Origin: Candidatus Woesebacteria bacterium
Lineage (GTDB): Bacteria; Patescibacteriota; Microgenomatia; UBA8517
Assembly (NCBI GenBank): GCA_016700095.1
Contig: CP065002.1
Location: 1,188,145-1,252,144, forward strand
Direction of reading: 5' to 3'
DNA: 64,000 nucleotides
The position numbers and the translations under genes were made by a program. Within the stretch, counting starts at the first letter, position 1; each line of letters begins with the position of its first letter. A model generated the notes under the pieces. The model had not been told where the DNA came from and made no database searches. It worked only from the letters and a program-made list of their open reading frames with translations. This document shows positions 8,336 to 17,168 of the stretch, piece after piece.

Positions 8336-10033
8336 TTATTTATGCTTTGTGGCTTTTTCTTTTTCTCTCAAAGTTTTTAGCTCAACTTCATTTTGGGCTT
8401 CATTGTTGTCGTGTTCAACCTCAGTAGTTAACGGTTTATCCGAAACAGGTAGCTCAAACCAAAATTCACTCCCTTTTCCAAGTTCAGATTTAAGACCAAT
8501 TTTTCCGTTAAACTTTTCTACCAGTAATTTTGAAATATATAACCCAAGGCCTGTGCCGATTGTTTTTCCCGCTGTGCTTTCCACGCGATAAAATTTCTGG
8601 AATAGTTTGTCTTGTTCTTCTTTGGATATTCCAGGACCCGTATCCTTGACGCCTAAGTGTATCCTGTCTTTTGTAGGCTGAGAAATATTAATGGATATTT
8701 CTCCTGTTTCGGTATATTTAACGGAGTTACTAACAAAATTCCCAATCACTTCATTCAAACGGTCGGGGTCAACTTCTATTTTGTCGTCAATATGTTCGGG
8801 AATATTTATCGAGAATTTGAGACCCTTTCTTTCTGCTTCGAACTTAAAGGAAACATAAATACTATGTGCTACATCGGAAAGCTTGACCACTTCGGTGTTA
8901 TAAATAAGTCTACCCTCTTCAATCCGTGAAACATTCAGCATATTGTTAACCAAGCGAATAAGCCTTTCGTTTACCGAATTTACATCAGTCAAATAACCAA
9001 TTGCTTTTTCAGGAATCACACCGGCATCACCCTCCATTATCATGGAAATGTATCCCTTGATGGCGGTAATTGGGGCACGAAGTTCATGTGCCGCCATGTT
9101 TATGAATTCATTTTTTTGTTTATCGAGGTTTTTTAATTTCTCATTGAGAAATAGTAGTTTTTCTTTCTGACTTAATTCTGTTTTCAAACTTTTGATTAAT
9201 AACATCCCAAATATCGAAATTAATACAAAAACAAAAACGTTAACCGACAGATCAACACTTGTTTGAGAAGAGAATAACCTTGAAAAAAGAATAATCCAAA
9301 TAACAAATGTAAATACTTCCGCCGCAACAATTCTAATATCAAATAGTCTATATCTGATTATTGAATAACTTGTCAATCCTATCATGAACACTGCCGAATA
9401 GTTACCAAACTTATATAATGCATCAGTATGAACAAACAATGGTTTTACAATTGATTGCAATATTATGTTGACCGCAAGGAAGGAAAAAAGACCAAACAAA
9501 AAATACCTAAGTTTGCGTTTCTCGAATTTATCAAGTGTACGCCACATAAATACATAATTAGTAATTGAAAATATTGGTCCAAGTAACATGAAAATATAGA
9601 AGATCCCCGCCATATCACCATCTATATAACTAGCACCCCAACCGAAATAATCAAGCCCAAATATTACTTTATTCGTAAAAATCACAAGTAGTCCAATCGT
9701 AACTGCTATTAAATAAATAAAATAAATTAAAGCTTTTTTTGGCTTTCTCTCCTTGGGGAAATAAAAGGGGAACTCAAAAAGCGTTACGCTCACAATAAGT
9801 AAGGTTAAATAGTTAAGCTTTGCACTCAACAATGCGAAATTCCGAAAATTGGGAATATCAGGTATGAAGGCTAATAAAATCCAGAATGCCGTTGCAATTG
9901 AAAACCTTGCAAATATTCTATTCGCACTTGATTTCTTATCTTGTGAATAAGCCAAGATGCCTAAGTATGACGATGCACCAAAAATTACAACTGCAATAAC
10001 CGTATTAAAAGCTAGATTATTTACAAGCTCCAT
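8336..10033 (-). CDS. Sensor histidine kinase with an N-terminal multi-pass (about 8 TM) sensing domain
   Basis: H-box AAHELRAPITAIKGYISMI, N-box and G-boxes (DTGPGIS, GTGLGLYISK). Long coiled-coil linker. Hydrophobic N-terminal 300 aa. Confidence 0.85.
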   Translation of the reverse strand: MELVNNLAFNTVIAVVIFGASSYLGILAYSQDKKSSANRIFARFSIATAFWILLAFIPDIPNFRNFALLSAKLNYLTLLIVSVTLFEFPFYFPKERKPKKALIYFIYLIAVTIGLLVIFTNKVIFGLDYFGWGASYIDGDMAGIFYIFMLLGPIFSITNYVFMWRTLDKFEKRKLRYFLFGLFSFLAVNIILQSIVKPLFVHTDALYKFGNYSAVFMIGLTSYSIIRYRLFDIRIVAAEVFTFVIWIILFSRLFSSQTSVDLSVNVFVFVLISIFGMLLIKSLKTELSQKEKLLFLNEKLKNLDKQKNEFINMAAHELRAPITAIKGYISMIMEGDAGVIPEKAIGYLTDVNSVNERLIRLVNNMLNVSRIEEGRLIYNTEVVKLSDVAHSIYVSFKFEAERKGLKFSINIPEHIDDKIEVDPDRLNEVIGNFVSNSVKYTETGEISINISQPTKDRIHLGVKDTGPGISKEEQDKLFQKFYRVESTAGKTIGTGLGLYISKLLVEKFNGKIGLKSELGKGSEFWFELPVSDKPLTTEVEHDNNEAQNEVELKTLREKEKATKHK

Positions 10034-10075
10034 TACATATAACTATCACATATTTGGCAGAGAATTAAAAGGTGA

Positions 10076-11602
10076 CTATGTTTTTTTGATGAATTTTGAT
10101 TTATGGAGCAACAAATCACCTTTAAATACACTTTTCTGAAATTCACATATCACAACTTTGGGCTTACACAGTTTACGATCCATATTGTATGCCCCTTCAT
10201 AATCTGGATTATTCTTTAGTAGTTGATCTAAGATCAAGTTAGTATATCTAATTTGTTCTTCTTGTTTTTTCAGAATGTTGTAGGATATATTCTCTTTGAG
10301 CTCTAGATAAATTCGCAACTCTTGATGTTGATTGATGTTATGCTCTACCGCCAGTTTAAAACTGTTGATATCTTTTGCCAACGATCCAAAAAACAAACCT
10401 TCTATATCGCTTGGAAACACCAATGAGCCCCCTATGTTAACAGAAAAGTCACTCCTGCCGGATAAAAATATAAACGGCCACTTCCAAGTGGGAAGGTAAT
10501 TGGCACCTGATTTTAGCAGATTATTGAGCACGTAGCCTCTTGATTCAATTTTTGTCATTACGTCAGAATAGTTTAATACCCCACCTGTATCACCAGTGTC
10601 ATATCTGCAAATTGGCATTCTACCTGGATATGTGACTAAAATTCTTTTATCAGATGATTCAACAAATAAGAAAGGGTTTTTTTGAAAGAGTGAGGGTACA
10701 ACTACCTGGCCAAAAAGATCGATACACAAATTTCGATCCTTTTTACACAAATTTTGTATCAATGTGGTTAATGGTGTACTTGCACCTGGCCCCCCCGAAT
10801 CACTCGTACCATAGTAGTCAAGTACTACCGTTAGATTTTCCTTGTCGTATCCTAGTTTCTCCTGAATATAGTATCGCCACTCTACTGTATGAGGTTCTCC
10901 CCCTAGCATTAAACGTATATTTAGTTTTCGCAAATTTATATCACCTTTCAGTGTCAAATAATCAATCAATTTACGCGCCAATGATGGATAAGTAGCAATA
11001 ATTACCTGATCGTACTTATGGGCAATTTTCTTTAAAATATAATATATATATGTGAAATCAGCCCCTGGGTTGGCAAACGTAAAATTATATTTTTTGGCAC
11101 AATGACTTGCAGCATGAAACTGTAAATTGCCAGATGCCCATATTCCCAAATCCATTGCAGAAATATACAAAGTACTTTTTTCTGCAATTTGCCAATATAA
11201 GTTGTAATAAAAATCAACAAAATAATCATAAGCCAGGTCTGATGTTTCGACTCTTGGCCAAATTAGTGGTTCTCCAGTTGATCCAGAGCTCATATAAAAA
11301 CTGTTCATTTCTCCAATATTTCCGACTAACATGTCTTCAAAAGGATACTTGTTGAAATAATTTTGTTTATTCATAATCGGTGCAAAACATATGTTTTTAG
11401 CGCGTTTAATCGAATTTGGATTGACTTTTTGATCTTTTAAGAATTTAGGGTAAGCACGAACTTTCTTCAACATAAAATTATATATTTTAAAAGCATTATT
11501 CATGGCCCCCAAACTCCAGTATTTCTCATCCTGTTTTTGAATAAAAGACAAAGCTGCTTTATAATTTTCAAAATATTCGTAAGTGATGAAATTCTTTTTC
11601 AT
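10076..11602 (-). CDS. Adenylate-forming enzyme, phenylacetate-CoA ligase (PaaK)/coenzyme F390 synthetase/CapK-like family
   Basis: ANL-superfamily motifs MSSGSTGEP (P-loop-like A3), YPGRMPICRYDTGD (A8 Y-x-TGD), and N-terminal KYPFEDML, as in the PaaK N-domain. Start overlaps the thiF-like stop (ATGA). Confidence 0.6.
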   Translation of the reverse strand: MKKNFITYEYFENYKAALSFIQKQDEKYWSLGAMNNAFKIYNFMLKKVRAYPKFLKDQKVNPNSIKRAKNICFAPIMNKQNYFNKYPFEDMLVGNIGEMNSFYMSSGSTGEPLIWPRVETSDLAYDYFVDFYYNLYWQIAEKSTLYISAMDLGIWASGNLQFHAASHCAKKYNFTFANPGADFTYIYYILKKIAHKYDQVIIATYPSLARKLIDYLTLKGDINLRKLNIRLMLGGEPHTVEWRYYIQEKLGYDKENLTVVLDYYGTSDSGGPGASTPLTTLIQNLCKKDRNLCIDLFGQVVVPSLFQKNPFLFVESSDKRILVTYPGRMPICRYDTGDTGGVLNYSDVMTKIESRGYVLNNLLKSGANYLPTWKWPFIFLSGRSDFSVNIGGSLVFPSDIEGLFFGSLAKDINSFKLAVEHNINQHQELRIYLELKENISYNILKKQEEQIRYTNLILDQLLKNNPDYEGAYNMDRKLCKPKVVICEFQKSVFKGDLLLHKSKFIKKT

Positions 11603-12402
11603 TGGTTTCCTGTAAACTGTTTATAAAAATCAACTGAATATACTTCTGGGGCAACTTTTACATTTTTACCTATACTTAAATAAATACACAAAGTAGAAAC
11701 CATGGAACTTGCGAGGCTTATCGTAATAGACATTTGCGGAAAATAGTTAAGCTCTCGTTTATACATCATAGTACCAACGCGTTTCATCTCTTTTGACGCA
11801 CGATACATATAAGGTTTAGTCAAAACTTCTAACGATAGTGAATCAACACAATTCAGTGAACAGCCATCGTCAAGCCCCATCAAACATTCGAGTGTCTGGC
11901 TTTTGTTTGAGAAGACCATTGCTTTTGCTCCCCAAACTATGTCCAGAAAGTAAATATGATATTTATCATCATATAATCTAATTACTCTATTAATTTGCAG
12001 TTCCTGTTTCAATGATTCCTCGGGAGGCATTGCATCAATAATAATATCCGATTTATTTACAATACTCGCCACATCTTTAATTTCAACCTTACGCGGGATT
12101 ACCCTAATGTTCAAATTAGGATTTATCATTTTCATGTTTTTAGCGAGTGCAACCGCTTTGTTTGATCTGATATCCTCTTGAAAAAAAAATTGCCTATTGA
12201 GATTGTGTAATTCTACATTGTCATAATCTGCCAGAATATAATTTGTGAAACCTGATCCCACAAGTTGCCTAGCGACTTCACTTCCTCCACCACAACCCAA
12301 AATTGCTACTCTTTTGTTTTTAATCTTTAACTGCTCTCTCCATGTCAATATTCCTATATTACGTTTAGTAAATGTTTTATAAAATTCCTCTTTATTTTTC
12401 AT
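11599..12402 (-). CDS. ThiF/MoeB/HesA-family E1-like adenylyltransferase
   Basis: RVAILGCGGGSEVARQLVGSGF...LADYDNVELHNLNRQ is the canonical E1 Rossmann fold plus the D-x-D-x-VE-x-SNLNRQ motif. C-terminal about 100 aa extension of unknown function. Confidence 0.75.
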   Translation of the reverse strand: MKNKEEFYKTFTKRNIGILTWREQLKIKNKRVAILGCGGGSEVARQLVGSGFTNYILADYDNVELHNLNRQFFFQEDIRSNKAVALAKNMKMINPNLNIRVIPRKVEIKDVASIVNKSDIIIDAMPPEESLKQELQINRVIRLYDDKYHIYFLDIVWGAKAMVFSNKSQTLECLMGLDDGCSLNCVDSLSLEVLTKPYMYRASKEMKRVGTMMYKRELNYFPQMSITISLASSMVSTLCIYLSIGKNVKVAPEVYSVDFYKQFTGNQ

Positions 12403-13561
12403 AGGATCTCAAATAACAACCAAATAAAAATAAGGATAAACCAATTAGAAACGAATTTACAATAAATGGAATTGCATAGTCAAATTTGGCATATAATAAA
12501 CCACCCAAAAGTGGACCTCCGACTCGTGCAATAGAATCAAAACTCCAAGTCACACCCATAGTAGCACCATATCCCTCACGACTGCTTCTACTAATAAGTG
12601 ATGCAAGGGTGGGTTCGTTTAACGCTAGTCCCACCGAGAGAATTGCCGAAATCAATAAGAGTATAAGAATGTTTGGAGAAAAACCAATTAACAAGTATGC
12701 TATAACCATAAGCGTTTGAGCAATTATTATCGTAGATCTTTCTCCATATTTTTTAACTATTCTACCTACAAGAAAACCCTGCGTAACAGCTACACTTAGT
12801 CCAATAAATGTAAATATGTAACCAACATTAGCTTCCTTTACGTTTAGTCTATAATTGACAAAAAAGGGAAAGGTTGTTTCAAGGCTTGATAAAGCAAATG
12901 ATACTATAAAAATTTGTATAAACAGCAACCCAAATTTGGAATTAAGATGTTTCACTATTTGAATCACATTAAACAAACTTCCGTCTTCCTTTATTTCTAA
13001 CTTTCTACTTTTGGTTTTCGACTCAGGCAAAAAAACAATTGTAAATATAAAATTTACTAAAGCTATAAAACCAGCAACTAAAAATGGGGTAGTCGGCGAT
13101 ATAGTACTCAATAGTCCACCAAGGGCTGGTCCAAGTACAAAACCCAAACCCCATGCAGCACCAAGCATGCCAAATTTTTCTACTCTTTCCCTCTGTTTTG
13201 TACTATCTGCCACATAAGCGTATGTTGTTGGTAGTGAGGCAGAAGTAAATAAACCTGCTAGTATTCTAGAAACCAATATTGCGTAGATACTAGATGCAAA
13301 AGAGAGCATGATAAACGATAAACTTGTACCCAACAAGCTTGCTAAAATAATTGGTTTCCTGCCAACAACGTCAGAGAGTTTACCCCAAAGTGGGGAGAAT
13401 AAGAACTGCATTAAAGAAAAAGATGCGATGACAGCACCAACGGTAAATGCGGAGACATCGTAACTCTTTATATAAAAAGGTAATAATGGGAATATAATTC
13501 CAAACGAAAGATAATCAATAAACACAGTAATAAACAAAATAAGAAAATGTCTTCTTTTCAT
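12392..13561 (-). CDS. MFS transporter
   Basis: 12 predicted TM segments. MFS loop motif GKLSDVVGRKPIIL between TM2 and TM3. Confidence 0.8.
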   Translation of the reverse strand: MKRRHFLILFITVFIDYLSFGIIFPLLPFYIKSYDVSAFTVGAVIASFSLMQFLFSPLWGKLSDVVGRKPIILASLLGTSLSFIMLSFASSIYAILVSRILAGLFTSASLPTTYAYVADSTKQRERVEKFGMLGAAWGLGFVLGPALGGLLSTISPTTPFLVAGFIALVNFIFTIVFLPESKTKSRKLEIKEDGSLFNVIQIVKHLNSKFGLLFIQIFIVSFALSSLETTFPFFVNYRLNVKEANVGYIFTFIGLSVAVTQGFLVGRIVKKYGERSTIIIAQTLMVIAYLLIGFSPNILILLLISAILSVGLALNEPTLASLISRSSREGYGATMGVTWSFDSIARVGGPLLGGLLYAKFDYAIPFIVNSFLIGLSLFLFGCYLRSYEK

Positions 13562-13670
13562 CTTACTTCTTCCTTACACAATTCTTCCCAACGACTCGCG
13601 TCTTTAGTTTTATAGTCTTTTATATCTTTTGTAATTTCCGATGGATAAAAAAAATACTTGTATCTATTTG

Positions 13671-14738
13671 TTACATATACTCATCGGTGATACTCTTTGC
13701 TTTAATTAACAATTGAGCCAAGGGAGAAATATTTTTTTTCTTACATTCCTCAATACCTTTTTTTAATACGTCTTTAATATTTTCCACTCTTTTTTCGACT
13801 CGCTTAATCCTATAATTTCCATGTTCATATTCATCGGCAACGCTTATTAGCCCACCCGAATTGACAACAAAATCAGGTGCATACAATATACCACGTTTAA
13901 ATAATTTTTCCCCCGTTTTCTCATCGTCCAGTTGATTGTTGGCTCCGCCAGCTATAATTTTACACTTAAGCTCATCTATGTTTCTCTTATTTACACACGA
14001 ACTCAATGCGCATGGGACAAATACATCAACTTCTTGAGAGTGGATCACTTTTGGAGATACGACTTTTACCTTTGGATATTTTTTCTTCACATCATTCACC
14101 ACCCCAATATTAATATCGGCTATATATATTTCACTCGCTTGGTTATATATGTACTCCAAAGCAGTTGATCCTACTTTTCCCACACCTTGTATTGCAAAAC
14201 TCCTTCCTTCACAAGATTCATCTCCAAACGTCTCACTAAGACTAACCTGAATTGCATAAAATATTCCTAACGCCGTAAATCTCACAGGATCAGTTTGAGT
14301 TCCTACAAAATATTTACTATGCTTTTTCATGTTTATAACATCTTCTCTCGACAAGCCAACATCTGCCCCAGTAATGAAACTGCCTGAAAAAGTATTTATT
14401 CTCTTTGCATAAACTTTAAAAAATTCATGTCTATTATTAATACTTTTAGGCATGATTAATACTCCCTTTGCTCCCCCATACTTCAAACCAGCCAAGGCAC
14501 ATTTATAAGACATCGTTCTCGCTAATCTTAATGAATCTTTCAGTGCATCCAATTCCGTTGCATAATTCCAGATACGTGTTGCTCCAAAAGCGGGATGATG
14601 TTTATTGCTTCGATGTATTGAAACAAACCCTTTCAATCCCGTCTTGTTATCCATAAAACAAGTTATCGACTGGTGATTGTCAAACTCGCTTAATTTCGTA
14701 AAATCAACAATTTCTAATAATGTGACGGATTTGCCCAT
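13671..14738 (-). CDS. Glu/Leu/Phe/Val dehydrogenase family enzyme (short, LeuDH/ValDH/PheDH-like)
   Basis: Catalytic Lys motif LKYGGAKGVL, NAD-binding GVGKVGS. 355 aa, the size of Leu/Phe/Val dehydrogenases rather than 450-aa GDH. Confidence 0.8.
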   Translation of the reverse strand: MGKSVTLLEIVDFTKLSEFDNHQSITCFMDNKTGLKGFVSIHRSNKHHPAFGATRIWNYATELDALKDSLRLARTMSYKCALAGLKYGGAKGVLIMPKSINNRHEFFKVYAKRINTFSGSFITGADVGLSREDVINMKKHSKYFVGTQTDPVRFTALGIFYAIQVSLSETFGDESCEGRSFAIQGVGKVGSTALEYIYNQASEIYIADINIGVVNDVKKKYPKVKVVSPKVIHSQEVDVFVPCALSSCVNKRNIDELKCKIIAGGANNQLDDEKTGEKLFKRGILYAPDFVVNSGGLISVADEYEHGNYRIKRVEKRVENIKDVLKKGIEECKKKNISPLAQLLIKAKSITDEYM

Positions 14739-14942
14739 TGTTTATTTATTAAGAAGATTAGATTCATGAAGACTGTTTTTAATGCGACTTATATTATGTA
14801 CACCAAAAATGTTTACATAGCGCTTACGATAATTATAAATAATACCCATAATAGTCCAACCCAGATAAAGCACTTAACATGTATTCTAGCAGATGTACCT
14901 ACGTTTTTACAATATAGGACTACATTACTTTTGTGTATATTT

Positions 14943-14971
14943 TTGCATAGCCAACGACTTAATAATAAAAT
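14943..14971 (+). promoter_or_regulatory. Sigma70-like promoter TTGCAT-N17-TAAAAT about 20 nt upstream of the regulator gene RBS (AAGGA)
   Basis: Read directly: ttgcat agccaacgacttaataa taaaat actcatattaaactcAAGGAcATG. Confidence 0.35.
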
Positions 14972-14992
14972 ACTCATATTAAACTCAAGGAC

Positions 14993-16417
14993 ATGGCTGG
15001 AAAAGAATTGATCAGAGTAAACTTCAAACTACCCAAGTCTCTTGCTGATAAATTTTCTCGAGTTGCCAAAAATAGAGGAATTACAAAATCCGAATTGATC
15101 AGAGAGTGGATATTGGATTGTACTGAGCTTCAACTTACAAAGTTAAGTGAGAAAAATAACAGCTGGGTATCCTTTGATTTTCTGGTAGACAAGAAAACCG
15201 AGAATATGATAATTGATTTAGCTCGAGAGTTCTGCGTCAGTAAAAGTGCTTTTCTCAGACTCCTACTTCAGAAGGGAGTTCAGAAAAATATCAGATTTAA
15301 TGTTAATAGAATAAGTAACACCTCACCGTGCGAAAGTATTGGAGATTTATGGAGAGGTGGAAAATTACTAGAGATTATTCACAGAGTCGACGAAGATATT
15401 GAGAAAACCGATTTTTCCGACTTATTCTGGTATACGAAAGCGAACGTTGAGCTAAATAATTACGAAAAGGCAATGTGTGGAATTAATTTAATCAAAACAA
15501 AGTACATCGATAAGGATTTTAATGAATATTACTACAAGAAGATTCTACTACTTGAAGTTGAAATTGAATATGTTCGTCGAAATTTCCCGTTAGCGAATAA
15601 TATCCTGAAACTTGTATTGTCGGGAAATAGTCTAACCAATGAAATAATCGGTTTAGCTCACTATTATTACGGTAGCATTGCAGCTATAACTGAATCGCCA
15701 CGTAAAGTACTAGTTGATCATTACCAAATAGCCCAGAACAATTTAACTTACTCAAAAAACCCATATGAAATAACTAAAATGTATGTATTTTCCAGCTATC
15801 TTCAATTAAGATATGAGAATTACAAAGAAACTGATCAAATCTTAACTAATCTAAGTAGCTGTTTGTTGAAAAACAACAATCAATATCTATCAGGGTGGGC
15901 AATGTCCGCTATCGGTAGACTTAATAGCCTTAGATCTACCAATACAACCGCCGGTAGCAAGATTTTAAGCGATGCATTCGATATTCATAGATGTAATTCC
16001 TATAACCGCGGGATGGTTGAAAGCCTTGCCCTCAATGCATTCAATAAATTTAACCAAGGCAACCATCAAGATGCAGTGAAATTAATTGAAAAATCCTTAA
16101 AAAACGAGGTGGCTTTCCGAAATGCAACATCGGACGGTCTAACTTATTCCGGTTTATTGTTTTCCATGTCTAGAACTAATTATCCGGAATCAATGGAAAA
16201 ATTTAGACATGTGTTAACAACCAGTAGATCCTCACACTATACTCCTAAAATCTACATTTACCATGCCGCCCAGTTTCTGCACGCCGATGGTCATAAGGAG
16301 AAAGAAGCTGGCGAAATAGGATTAAGAAAACTTATGAAATTGGGAAAATACCCGCAAATAAAAACTGCCGCAAGAAATACATTAAAATACAAATCACTTC
16401 AACCTTTTGCTGTTTGA
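14993..16417 (+). CDS. Transcriptional regulator with tandem N-terminal ribbon-helix-helix (CopG/Arc/MetJ-like) motifs and a large C-terminal all-alpha (TPR-like) domain
   Basis: RVNFKLPKSLADKFSRVAKNRGITKSELIREWI is a classic RHH (beta-strand plus two helices). A second RHH-like unit WVSFDFLVDKKTENMIIDLAREFCVSKSAFLRLLL follows. About 350 aa helical C-terminus. Divergent from the dehydrogenase/MFS/ThiF/ligase operon. Confidence 0.5.
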   Translation: MAGKELIRVNFKLPKSLADKFSRVAKNRGITKSELIREWILDCTELQLTKLSEKNNSWVSFDFLVDKKTENMIIDLAREFCVSKSAFLRLLLQKGVQKNIRFNVNRISNTSPCESIGDLWRGGKLLEIIHRVDEDIEKTDFSDLFWYTKANVELNNYEKAMCGINLIKTKYIDKDFNEYYYKKILLLEVEIEYVRRNFPLANNILKLVLSGNSLTNEIIGLAHYYYGSIAAITESPRKVLVDHYQIAQNNLTYSKNPYEITKMYVFSSYLQLRYENYKETDQILTNLSSCLLKNNNQYLSGWAMSAIGRLNSLRSTNTTAGSKILSDAFDIHRCNSYNRGMVESLALNAFNKFNQGNHQDAVKLIEKSLKNEVAFRNATSDGLTYSGLLFSMSRTNYPESMEKFRHVLTTSRSSHYTPKIYIYHAAQFLHADGHKEKEAGEIGLRKLMKLGKYPQIKTAARNTLKYKSLQPFAV

Positions 16418-16632
16418 CAACTATTTCCGGATAGTAATGATAATTGTTATACAAGTATTCCTTAGACTCGACCAACCAAACAAGAGCTGCAATTAAGTAT
16501 TTACGTACAGATTATATCTAAATCAAGAATATTAATATGTCTGAAGTACATAAAACTTATGTATTTTTTTGACAGAAGCTATACGTGGTGATAATTATAA
16601 ATAAGGAAGATAAACGGATTTTCCAAACAGAG

Positions 16633-16662
16633 GTGGGTGTCACGAAAATAAGTAACACCCAC
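16633..16662 (+). terminator. Hairpin gtgggtgtcac-N-gtaacacccac followed by TTTCT; candidate terminator for the upstream regulator gene
   Basis: 10/11-bp stem with 8 perfect pairs (gtgggtgt/acacccac). Lies about 215 nt downstream of the stop at 16417. Confidence 0.3.
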
Positions 16663-16677
16663 TTTCTGATTAGATCA

Positions 16678-16798
16678 TGGCGCTTACTGAAAATAGTGTA
16701 CACAGTATAAGTAAAAATAGCTTGCTAGTTATTACCCTGTAAACAGGATGCAACTTAAACTAAGTACACAAACCAAAGAGACAATTCAGTAAGCGCCA
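16678..16798. repeat. 14-bp perfect inverted repeat (tggcgcttactgaa / ttcagtaagcgcca) bracketing 93 nt; candidate structured sRNA or miniature inverted-repeat element
   Basis: The arms at 16678-16691 and 16785-16798 are exact reverse complements. They sit in a 750-bp ORF-free convergent spacer. Confidence 0.45.
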
Positions 16799-17168
16799 AA
16801 ATACATTTAATATTTCAGCTTAAAAAATTAATTATGTTAATCCTTTACAAGAAAGGTAGTTCATTCTAACACCATAGTGCAACCAATTTCCACCCATTAA
16901 TATAAAAACCGCGATCTAAAAAATCCACAGTTGTCTCGCACTAATCCGAAGAGTTTATTCCCAACAAAACGTATCGTGCCCAATAGCGTAATTTCTTTGA
17001 TTAATAGTAAGTTCGACGAATTACCAACAAATTTCTTATTGAGAGCGTCTTGTCTTTCCGTGCGCTATCAAAACTTGTTTATTTAAAAAAAGTTAAATCG
17101 CAACACTTAATAAAATATTTAGTTTGTAAAATATTTAACAATGAAGGCAAGACTATTTATTTGTATAT

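Noticed and set aside
14766-15011. 81-aa ORF in the dehydrogenase/regulator divergent promoter region
   Set aside because: Overlaps the predicted promoter and RBS of the RHH regulator, is AT-rich, and has no RBS of its own.
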